A stretch of 64,000 bases of DNA. Origin: Vicinamibacterales bacterium. GTDB taxonomy: Bacteria; Acidobacteriota; Vicinamibacteria; Vicinamibacterales; 2-12-FULL-66-21. How positions within the stretch are numbered: the first letter of the stretch is position 1; every line of letters starts with the position of its first letter. Under the pieces are notes generated by a model. That model was not told the origin of the DNA. It saw nothing but the letters and a program-made list of their open reading frames with translations, and did not search any database. The stretch covers positions 1,535-65,534 of the forward strand of contig DASXLB010000029.1 in NCBI GenBank assembly GCA_036496585.1, read 5' to 3'. Shown here one piece after another: positions 40,948-48,571 of the stretch. A program made the translations under genes and the position numbers.

Positions 40948-41262
40948 GTGCCAAGCCCGCGCGCCCGCGCGCCCCAGCTCTCGGCGAAGGAATCAGAGAT
41001 TCTCGATCGACTCGCTCACGGCGAGGAGTTATACGGCCTGCAACTCGTCGCCACCTCGAAAGGACGCCTCAAGCGGGGCACGGTCTACGTCACGCTTGGG
41101 CGCATGGAAGACAAGGGCTTCGTCACTTCGCGCGCCGAGGAGGCGCCCGTCGGCGCCGGCGGCCTGCCCCGCCGTCTCTACGCGGCGACGCCGTACGGCC
41201 TCCGCGTGCTGAAGGCGTGGACGGTGATGCTGCAGCACCTGTCGCCGGAGCATGCGCGATGA
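40948..41262 (+). CDS. Winged-helix transcriptional regulator (PadR/BlaI-like)
   Basis: 104 aa. The pattern 'SEILDRLAHGEELYGLQLV......KRGTVYVTLGRMEDKGFVTS.........RRLYAATPYGLRVL' fits the PadR-type wHTH pattern. The start codon is uncertain (GTG). Confidence 0.7.
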   Translation: MPSPRARAPQLSAKESEILDRLAHGEELYGLQLVATSKGRLKRGTVYVTLGRMEDKGFVTSRAEEAPVGAGGLPRRLYAATPYGLRVLKAWTVMLQHLSPEHAR

Positions 41263-42230
41263 CGGGCGACCATCCCGTCCGCCGGTTCCTGGCCCGCATC
41301 TGCCCTGACGAGACGATGGCGCGCATCGTCGATCCTGTACTGGCGGACATGCGGTTTGAAGGCGGCCCCGCGTGGCGCGGCTATCTCGTGCTGGCGCGCG
41401 CGCTCACTGTGCACACGATCGTCTCCATACCCGCTGCCCTCGTCCGCGTCTGTGCCGACGACGACGGGGCGATCCCGCGGGCGGCGGCGATTTCGCTGGG
41501 CGGAGCGCTCGTCACTGCACTCCCGTTCGTGCTGGTCCCATTGCTCGGAGCGCTGCGTAGCGGATTGCTTGGCCCGCTCTGGGGGCTGCGGCTGAAGACC
41601 GCGCACACGCCCGCGATGTTTTTGTTGCTCGTGCCCCAGGCGATGGCGCTGACGCTGCCAGCGGCGATCCTGCTGGCCTTCCCCGTCGCTCTCCGAGGAC
41701 TGACGGTGACCCGACGCATTCGGCGCCGCGCGATAGCACTCGTCTTCCTATTCGCAGCGCTGACCGGTTTCGTCATCGACCGCGTCGTACCGCGCACCAA
41801 CCAGGCGTTCCGGGTACTTGTGAGCGGCCGGCCGCTGCCGCCGGGCCCGAACGAGACGGCGTTTGCCGGACTTCGTCGGGAGCTCGCCACGCTGAAGACG
41901 TTTCACGGCGGCGAGACAATCCGGCGCGGCGTCGAATATACCCTGCACCAGCGCCTCGCCCTGAGCTGCGCGCCGCTGCCGCTCGGACTGCTCGCGCTCG
42001 CGTTGACCACGACGCGCGTCGGCCGCCGATGGCCGTGGGTCGCTGCATGTACGGGGCTCGCCGGCTATCTCTTCATCCTCTTCCCTCTTGATAGTGTCGC
42101 GCAGGTGTTATTGAGGCAAACGACTGCTCCGCCTGCGTTGCTCGCGTGGAGCCCGACGATTGTCATCGCACTGCTCGCGCTCGCGATCCAGCGACGCGCA
42201 TCGGTACAGTCGCTTGCCGCATGCAGTTAG
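41259..42230 (+). CDS. Polytopic membrane protein, LptF/LptG (YjgP/YjgQ)-like permease fold without the periplasmic beta-jellyroll insert
   Basis: ATGA overlap with the regulator stop. 323 aa, about 6 hydrophobic segments. 'MFLLLVPQAMALTLPAAILLAFPVAL', 'PGPNETAFAGLRRELATL' and 'HQRLALSCAPLPLGLLALAL' resemble conserved LptF/G segments. This is a by-eye similarity. Confidence 0.6.
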   Translation: MTGDHPVRRFLARICPDETMARIVDPVLADMRFEGGPAWRGYLVLARALTVHTIVSIPAALVRVCADDDGAIPRAAAISLGGALVTALPFVLVPLLGALRSGLLGPLWGLRLKTAHTPAMFLLLVPQAMALTLPAAILLAFPVALRGLTVTRRIRRRAIALVFLFAALTGFVIDRVVPRTNQAFRVLVSGRPLPPGPNETAFAGLRRELATLKTFHGGETIRRGVEYTLHQRLALSCAPLPLGLLALALTTTRVGRRWPWVAACTGLAGYLFILFPLDSVAQVLLRQTTAPPALLAWSPTIVIALLALAIQRRASVQSLAACS

Positions 42231-42355
42231 TCGTCGGCTTCATCGGCCTTGTCGCGATGCTCGGCGCCGCACTTAGCATCTGCTACGTCATCTCGTACGC
42301 CGTGCTCTTCCTCGTCGGCAAGGCACTCCCATTGGCCGGCCGGCGGCGGCGCTGA
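42221..42355 (+). CDS. Candidate 44-aa hydrophobic peptide
   Basis: ATG overlaps the end of the preceding permease gene. Sequence: '[44 protein letters not shown]', with TM helices and a basic tail. No homology was recognised. Confidence 0.2.
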   Translation: MQLVVGFIGLVAMLGAALSICYVISYAVLFLVGKALPLAGRRRR

Positions 42356-42399
42356 GCGCGAGGCAACGATCGATCGTTCACACGATGGAGCCGCTCACC

Positions 42400-42981
42400 A
42401 TGTCGAGAATCCTTCGACTCCTGTCCGTACTTCTCGTGACCGTCCCGGCGATGGTGTCCGCGCAGACCACTGGGGCCGGATACGCGGACGCGCTCAGTCC
42501 CTCGCTGGCGAGCGTCGCTCAGAAAATGCACGCGACGATCCGCCGTGATCTCGCGGAGGCCGCCGCGAGCATGCCGGCCAACGAGTATTCGTTCCGGCCG
42601 ACGCCCGACGTGCGCACGTTCGCGCAGGTCATCGGCCACGTCATCAACGCCGAGTGGTTCTTCTGCGCGCAGGCACGAGGAGCGTCTTCGCCCAACACGA
42701 TCAGCTTCGAGCAGGGGACCGACAAAGCGACGTTGGTGAAAGCCTTGGACGACGCGCTGGCGTACTGCGACCGCGCCTACGAGGAAACGACGGACGCAAA
42801 CTTCAACGATCCGGTCCAGATGCAGGCAGGCGTGGGAATGGGTCCGGCCCGAACCGTCCGCGGCGCGATTCTCATCTTCAACACCACGCACGACAACGAG
42901 CACTACGGGAATATCGTCGTCTACATGCGCTTGAAGGGACACGTGCCGCCGTCGACCGCCCGCACGCAATCGCCCAAGTGA
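42400..42981 (+). CDS. DinB-family four-helix-bundle protein with an N-terminal signal peptide
   Basis: ATG 42400 lies 9 nt after GGAG. The signal peptide is '[23 protein letters not shown]'. DinB-like His motifs: '[15 protein letters not shown]' and '[17 protein letters not shown]'. Confidence 0.8.
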   Translation: MSRILRLLSVLLVTVPAMVSAQTTGAGYADALSPSLASVAQKMHATIRRDLAEAAASMPANEYSFRPTPDVRTFAQVIGHVINAEWFFCAQARGASSPNTISFEQGTDKATLVKALDDALAYCDRAYEETTDANFNDPVQMQAGVGMGPARTVRGAILIFNTTHDNEHYGNIVVYMRLKGHVPPSTARTQSPK

Positions 42982-43040
42982 GGCGGGCGCGCCTCGCACC
43001 CCACACCCCGCGTCTCGCCCTCGCCCCTCGGCCCTCAGCG

Positions 43041-43313
43041 CTACTCCTCGACGCCGGCGTTCCCCAAGTCGACTGACGCGGCGGCCGTCTTCCCGCGTCG
43101 CTTGAGCATCCCCTCCACGAGGCCGCGGAGCGCCTGAGCGGCGACCGCGTTGGCCAGCGACAGCCGCTGCAGGTCATCGAGATCCGCGTCGGCGACATCT
43201 GCGTGCGACGCCGGCGCGTCGATCCGTGCGGCCACCTCGCCCAACGCCGCCGCGGCGGTGTGGGCGCCGCGCAGGGAGGCTCGCAAGGCGTCGATTTCCG
43301 TCAGATCCGCCAT
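43041..43313 (-). CDS. Hypothetical 90-aa acidic/alanine-rich protein
   Basis: The ORF has an ATG start and is divergent from the pseudokinase gene. No motif was recognised, and the composition is typical of GC-rich ORFs, so it could be spurious. Confidence 0.35.
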   Translation of the reverse strand: MADLTEIDALRASLRGAHTAAAALGEVAARIDAPASHADVADADLDDLQRLSLANAVAAQALRGLVEGMLKRRGKTAAASVDLGNAGVEE

Positions 43314-43451
43314 GGCTGGTGACTGTACTGCAGTTACAGCTTCTGAACAGTTGCCGCCAGAATTGTGATCGGATAGTGTTCAGCCACAAGACATCCCCGC
43401 CGTAACTGCAACACCGGCAAGCCTTATCGGCGCCGACACACAAATCGCACG

Positions 43452-46382
43452 ATGGTGCGCGGGTTGCAATCCTGGTGGGCTCCGTTGCACATGTCCGCGC
43501 CCGACACCGCCTCGTCCGAGTCTTCGTCCGGCTATGAAGACGGTCTCGGCCGGCGTGTGCTCGTGTTCGATCGCGAGAGCGGCGAGGTACGCGAACGGCT
43601 GCGCCTGCGGCCCGAACTGAGAGTCTTTGCCAGGCCGCTGCAGGAGCGGCTGCCGATCGTCGCCGGCCTCGAAGACGAGCGCTTCGCCCGGCCGCGCAGC
43701 ATCGAAATGGAGTCGGATGGCCGACTGGCGGTCGTCTCCGGCTACGGTCCGGGACGCCGGCTGTCGGACCTGCTCGACGCGGCGGCCGACCAGGGGATCG
43801 TCGCGGGCCTCGACGCCGGCCTCGGCCTGCTGCTCGAACTGCTGCCGGCGCTCTCCCGCCTCCACGACGCCGGCATCACCCATGGCGCGATCGCGCCTGG
43901 GCGAATCATGGTCACGGCGGCTGGGCAAATCGTCCTGCTCGACGCCATTTTCGCGGAAGCCCTCGAGCGGCTGCAGCTGACGCGGCGCCGGCTGTGGACC
44001 GAGCTGCGCCTCGCGTTTCCGGACGGGCCAGGCGCGCCGTCCTTCGACAAGGGCGCGGATCTCACGCAGGTGGCGCTCGCCGCGGCGACGCTGATTGTCG
44101 GGCGACTGCTGCGCGACGACGAGTGGCCAGACGGACTGGCGGCGCTGCAGCAGGAGATCGTCGAGATCGCCAGCATCCGGGCGTCGAAGGGTTTCGCCGA
44201 CGGCATCGACGCGTTCTTTTCAGCCGCGCTGCCGCTGCCCGCTCGAAAGACATCGCTGACGTCCGCCGACGAGGCGGCCATCGATCTGCGCAAGCTGCTG
44301 CGGAAGGAAGTCGGGATTGCGACGTGCCGCACGGCGCTGGTCGAATTCGTACAGCAGGTCGAGACCATCGACAAGGGGCGGCCCGCGGCGAATGAACCCG
44401 ACGCCGCACACGAGCCGGAACACCGCCGCGGGCGCGGTGCCGACCGCGCCGCTCGCGACGAAGCCGAGCGCAAAGCTCGCGAAGAAGCCGAACTCAAGGC
44501 CCGCGAAGAAGCCGAACGCCAAGCCCGCGAACAAGCGGAGCGCCAAGCCCGCGAAGAGGCCGAGCGCCAAGCCCGGGAAGCCGCCGAGCTCAAGGTCCGC
44601 GAAGAAGCGGAGCACAAAGCGCGCGAAGAAGCCGAACTCAAGGCCCGCGAAGAGGCCGAACTCAAGGCCCGCCAAGCAGCCGAGCTCAAGGCCCGCGAAG
44701 AGGCCGAGCGCAAGGCTCGCGAAGAAGCCGAACTCAAGGCCCGCCAAGCAGCCGAGCTCAAAGCCCGCGAAGAGGCCGAGCGCAAGGCCCGTGAAGAGGC
44801 CGAACTCAAGGCCCGCCAAGCAGCCGAGCTCAAAGCCCGCGAAGCAGCCGAACTCAAAGCCCGCCAAGCAGCCGAGCTCAAAGCTCGCGAAGAGGCCGAG
44901 CGCAAAGCCCGCCAAGCAGCCGAGCTCAAAGCCCGTGAAGAGGCCGAGCGCAAGGCCCGCGAAGAGGCCGAGCGCAAGGCTCGCAAAGAGGCCGAGCGCA
45001 AAACCCGCGAAGAGGCCGAGCGCAAAGCCCGCGAAGAGGCCGAGCGCAAAGCCCGCGAGGAAGCCGAACGCAAAGCCCGCGAGGAAGCCGAACGCAAAGC
45101 CCGCGAGGAAGCCGAACGCAAAGCCCGCGAAGAGGCCGAGCGCAAAGCCCGCGAAGAGGCCGAGCGCAAAACCCGTGAAGAGGCCGAGCGCAAGTCGCAG
45201 GCCGAGGCAGCGCTGGCCTCAGCCCTTCCGCCTGCCGACCAGGCAAAGGGGGCCTGGCTGGTAGCGCCCCACAACGCCACTGCGTTCAATCCGGCTGTCG
45301 AACCGACCGGGACGCCGGCGGCCGATCGCGCCTACCCGATCTACCAGCCGCCAGCCGAGACGCAGTCGTGGACGCCGGAGGCCGAGCCGCCTCCTGCGAT
45401 CGAAATCGGATCCGGCCCCACACCCAACGCGTTCACGCCGCCGCTGGCCGCCGCCGGCATTCGCCTGAAGCACGAGAAGGGCGCGGCGTCCGCCTTCGCC
45501 TCACGCGCGGACAGCCGGCACGAGCCGACCGAGGACATGACGGCGGCCGATGCCTACAACCCGTTCAGCATCCCGGAGGAGCCGCAAGTCATTCCGTGGA
45601 AGCTGATCGCGGCCGGCGTAGTCCTGATCGCCGCCACGTTCGCGTTGACACGCGGATATATGCCGTCCGACATCCCGGCGCCGTCGCTCGTCGCGCTCCA
45701 GAAGCCCCTCGAAATCATCAAGAAACCGCCGCCTCCCGCGGCCCACGCCGGCAGCGGCTCCGACACCCATCTCGCGATCTCCAGCGAGCCGGTCGGGGCC
45801 CGCATCCTGCTCGACGGCAAGTTCGTCGGTGCCACGCCGATGACCATCGACGAGATCTCGGCGGGACGCCACGTGGTGACGCTGCAGGGCAGCGGCGGCG
45901 CGATCAAGAGAACGGTGCGCATCGAACCCGGCAAGACGACGACGCTCGACGTGCCGGTGTTCTCGGGGTTCGCGCTGATCGTGGCGCCGTTCGTGGTCGA
46001 GGTCGCCGAAGGCGGCCGGTCGCTCGGCACCAGCGAAGAGCAGATCATGCTCGGCCCAGGCCATCACGATCTGCACCTCGAGAACAAGGACCTGAACTAC
46101 TCCGGCACCCACGGCGTCGACGTGGAGCCGGGAGAGACCACGCGGATTACCGTCGATCCGAAGGGGCGCGCCAACATCAACGCGATTCCGTGGGCCGAGG
46201 TCTACATCGACGGCGAGTCGGCCGGCCAGACGCCGCTCGCCAACGTGCCGATCCGCCTCGGCGTGCGCGAAATCGTCTTCAAGAACCCGCAGTTTCCTGA
46301 GCGCAAGGTCGTCGTCACGATCAAGTCTGGCGATGCACCGACCACCACCGTCGTCGACTTCACGAAGGACAAAGTACAATAG
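43452..46382 (+). CDS. Membrane protein: N-terminal Ser/Thr-kinase-like pseudokinase domain, 248-aa ER/K repeat helix, P/A-rich linker, one TM, three PEGA-like periplasmic domains
   Basis: The kinase-like segments are 'GYGPGRRLSDLL', 'LHDAGITHGAIAPGRIMV' and 'IVLLDAIFAEAL'. There are 31 octads of EAE[RL]KARE. The TM is 'VIPWKLIAAGVVLIAATFAL'. PEGA motifs include 'ISSEPVGARILLDGKFVGATPMTIDEISAGRHVVTL' and 'INAIPWAEVYIDGESAGQTPLANVPIRLGVREIVF'. An alternative start is at M14 (43491). Confidence 0.85.
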   Translation: MVRGLQSWWAPLHMSAPDTASSESSSGYEDGLGRRVLVFDRESGEVRERLRLRPELRVFARPLQERLPIVAGLEDERFARPRSIEMESDGRLAVVSGYGPGRRLSDLLDAAADQGIVAGLDAGLGLLLELLPALSRLHDAGITHGAIAPGRIMVTAAGQIVLLDAIFAEALERLQLTRRRLWTELRLAFPDGPGAPSFDKGADLTQVALAAATLIVGRLLRDDEWPDGLAALQQEIVEIASIRASKGFADGIDAFFSAALPLPARKTSLTSADEAAIDLRKLLRKEVGIATCRTALVEFVQQVETIDKGRPAANEPDAAHEPEHRRGRGADRAARDEAERKAREEAELKAREEAERQAREQAERQAREEAERQAREAAELKVREEAEHKAREEAELKAREEAELKARQAAELKAREEAERKAREEAELKARQAAELKAREEAERKAREEAELKARQAAELKAREAAELKARQAAELKAREEAERKARQAAELKAREEAERKAREEAERKARKEAERKTREEAERKAREEAERKAREEAERKAREEAERKAREEAERKAREEAERKAREEAERKTREEAERKSQAEAALASALPPADQAKGAWLVAPHNATAFNPAVEPTGTPAADRAYPIYQPPAETQSWTPEAEPPPAIEIGSGPTPNAFTPPLAAAGIRLKHEKGAASAFASRADSRHEPTEDMTAADAYNPFSIPEEPQVIPWKLIAAGVVLIAATFALTRGYMPSDIPAPSLVALQKPLEIIKKPPPPAAHAGSGSDTHLAISSEPVGARILLDGKFVGATPMTIDEISAGRHVVTLQGSGGAIKRTVRIEPGKTTTLDVPVFSGFALIVAPFVVEVAEGGRSLGTSEEQIMLGPGHHDLHLENKDLNYSGTHGVDVEPGETTRITVDPKGRANINAIPWAEVYIDGESAGQTPLANVPIRLGVREIVFKNPQFPERKVVVTIKSGDAPTTTVVDFTKDKVQ
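44460..45203 (+). repeat. 31 tandem copies of a 24-bp coding repeat (octad EAE[R/L]KARE)
   Basis: Units such as 'gaagccgagcgcaaagcccgcgaa' and 'gaagccgaactcaaggcccgccaa' run uninterrupted and in frame from 44460 to 45203. Confidence 0.95.
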
Positions 46383-46407
46383 ACGTTCCGGTTGGTTCCG
46401 CGAACGT

Positions 46408-47814
46408 GTGAGCCCCCTGCCGTTTCTGCTCCGTCGTCTCAAGGAACTGCGTCTCATCGAGGAGGCGCAGACCCAGGCGCTCGTCCGCGATGGCATCGTC
46501 ACGCTGCCCGATCTCGAGATGGCGATCGCCGAGGATCGTCCGGCAGCTGCATCGGCGTCGCTGCGGCGCATCGCCGTCCCCTTTCGCGAAGAGCTCCGCA
46601 CCTTTTCGCTGGGCCGCGCCCTCGACATTCTTGACCCGCTCCTGGCAGCCATCGCGGCGGCGTACCCCGATGTGCGCGGGCTCGAACCCACCGGCGCCGT
46701 GCGGCGGGCCGAGCCGCTGATCACCACGCTCACGGTCGTCGGGTGCACATCGCAGCCGTCGGACGCCGTCGATGCCGTCGCGGGGCTGCCGATCCTGAGC
46801 GGCGTGATTTATCGCGCCAGCCGCCGGCTGCTGGTGCTGTTCGAGAGGCACGAAGTCGACATTCGTTTCACCACGGCCGACGACTACGGAACGCTCCTCT
46901 TCACGACGACCGGTCCTCCCTCCCACGTCGCCGCCGTGCAGAAGCGCCGCGGGATGCGGCTGAGCGCCTCCGAAACCGAGGTCTACACGCACGCCGGCCT
47001 CGCCTACCTGCCGCCGCAGGTCCGCGACAGCGCCGACGCGATCGAGGCGGCGGCGACTCGGCAGATCCCGCGGCTCGTCCAGCGCGAGGACATCCGCGGC
47101 GATCTGCATATGCACACGAGCTACAGCGACGGACGCGACTCGCTGCGGCGAATGGTGATGGAGGCCCACGCGCTCGGCTATGAGTACATCGCGATCACCG
47201 ATCATTCCGAGCACGCCGGCGCCTCACGGACGGTGACTCCGTCCGACCTGGCGCGTCAGCTCGACGAAATCGACGCGCTCCGAGACGACGCGTACGGTCT
47301 GACGATCCTGCAGGGGCTCGAGGTCGACATCCTGCCCGATGGTGAACTCGACTGCCCCGACGCGGTGCTGGCGCGCCTCGACATCGTGCTGGCCTCGCTG
47401 CACGACGCCGCCGGCCACGGGCGCCAGCGGCTCACCGAGCGGTGTCTCGCGGCCATCCGGCATCCGCTCGTCTCGGTCATCACGCATCCCGGCAATCAGC
47501 TCGTCGGCCACCGCCCGCCCTACGACATGGACTACGACGCCATCTACGCGGCCGCCGCCGAGACCGGCACGGCGCTCGAGATCGACGGAGCGCCGTCCCA
47601 TCTCGACCTCGACGGGGCGCGGGCGCGCGAGGCGGTCCGCGCCGGAGTGACGCTGGTCGTCGACAGCGACTGTCACCGGGCCCACGCGCTCGACCGCCAG
47701 ATGTGGATGGGTGTCGGGACCGCCCGCCGGGGATGGGTCGAATCGAGGCATGTCCTGAATACGCGGCCGGTCGACGAGGTCGTCGCCTTCGTCGCGCGCA
47801 AGCGCGGCCGGTGA
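46408..47814 (+). CDS. PolX-family protein with a degenerate polymerase palm/thumb and an intact C-terminal PHP phosphoesterase domain
   Basis: GTG 46408 lies 25 nt after the upstream stop. The palm-like segment is 'GAVRRAEPLITTLTVVG...VDIRFTTADDYGTLLFTTTG'. PHP motifs: 'DLHMHTSYSDG', 'IAITDHS' and 'SLHD'. Confidence 0.75.
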   Translation: MSPLPFLLRRLKELRLIEEAQTQALVRDGIVTLPDLEMAIAEDRPAAASASLRRIAVPFREELRTFSLGRALDILDPLLAAIAAAYPDVRGLEPTGAVRRAEPLITTLTVVGCTSQPSDAVDAVAGLPILSGVIYRASRRLLVLFERHEVDIRFTTADDYGTLLFTTTGPPSHVAAVQKRRGMRLSASETEVYTHAGLAYLPPQVRDSADAIEAAATRQIPRLVQREDIRGDLHMHTSYSDGRDSLRRMVMEAHALGYEYIAITDHSEHAGASRTVTPSDLARQLDEIDALRDDAYGLTILQGLEVDILPDGELDCPDAVLARLDIVLASLHDAAGHGRQRLTERCLAAIRHPLVSVITHPGNQLVGHRPPYDMDYDAIYAAAAETGTALEIDGAPSHLDLDGARAREAVRAGVTLVVDSDCHRAHALDRQMWMGVGTARRGWVESRHVLNTRPVDEVVAFVARKRGR

Positions 47815-47923
47815 CGGGCCGGGCAATTCCGTGCAATAACCCCCCGTCCGCCGCCGCAGCCGAGAGCAAAGCGCCTGGCGCGCCATAGCCGAAGGGGAAG
47901 GCGGGTGCTACACTCGAACGTGC

Positions 47924-48571
47924 TTGCTGCTTCTTGCTTTGCTGACGTTTCTCTTAGCGGCCGGTCCGGCCCGGCAGGCGCGTCCCGACGCAACGGACAC
48001 CGCGCGCGCCCTGCAGCAGAAGTATGACCGTGTCCGCGACTTCACCGCGGATTTCACGCACACCTACGAAGGCGGCGTACTCAAGAAGAAGTCGGTCGAA
48101 CAGGGGACGGTGACGATCAAAAAGCCCGGTCGAATGCGGTGGGACTACACGTCGCCCGACAAGAAGCTGTTCGTCTCAGACGGCCGCAAGATCTATTCGT
48201 ACATTCCCGCCGACAAGCAGGTGATCGTCGGAGACATGCCGTCGGATGACACGGCGACGACCGCGGTGCTGTTCCTGGCGGGCAAGGGCAACCTGACTCG
48301 CGATTTCGACGTCACCTATGCGCCGTCGGATGCGTCCGACAGCTGGGCGCTCCGGCTCGACCCCCGGCGCCCGCAGCGCGACTACGATTGGCTGGTCGTC
48401 GTCGTCGATCGGCAGACGCTGCAGATCCGGTCGCTGACCGCAGCCGACAAGCAGGGCGGCCGGTCCACGTTCGCGTTCACCAACTACCACGAGAACACCG
48501 GCGTGGCCGACACGGCGTTCGCGTTCAAGATTCCGAAGGGTGTCGATGTCATCACGGCAGGCGACCGCTGA
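47924..48571 (+). CDS. lolA: Outer-membrane lipoprotein carrier protein LolA
   Basis: 215 aa with a signal-like N-terminus. Motifs: 'LQQKYDRVRDFTADFTHTY......QGTVTIKKPGRMRWDYTSPDKKLFVSDGRKIYSYIP'. The start codon (TTG) is uncertain. Confidence 0.75.
   Translation: MLLLALLTFLLAAGPARQARPDATDTARALQQKYDRVRDFTADFTHTYEGGVLKKKSVEQGTVTIKKPGRMRWDYTSPDKKLFVSDGRKIYSYIPADKQVIVGDMPSDDTATTAVLFLAGKGNLTRDFDVTYAPSDASDSWALRLDPRRPQRDYDWLVVVVDRQTLQIRSLTAADKQGGRSTFAFTNYHENTGVADTAFAFKIPKGVDVITAGDR

Noticed and set aside
40606-43400. Genomic island integrated at tRNA-Ala
   Set aside because: There is no integrase, recombinase, transposase or phage gene downstream. By eye I saw no direct repeat of the tRNA 3' end. 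GC content looks the same as the flanks. A computational search for a second copy of 'ttcgatcctctccgcgtccacca' would be needed to exclude it fully.
43742-45289. 515-aa antisense ORF with a striking 'SASSRALRSASSRAL' periodicity
   Set aside because: The periodicity is just the reverse-complement reading of the 24-bp ER/K repeat. The sense frame has flanking kinase-like, TM and PEGA domains that make it the real gene.
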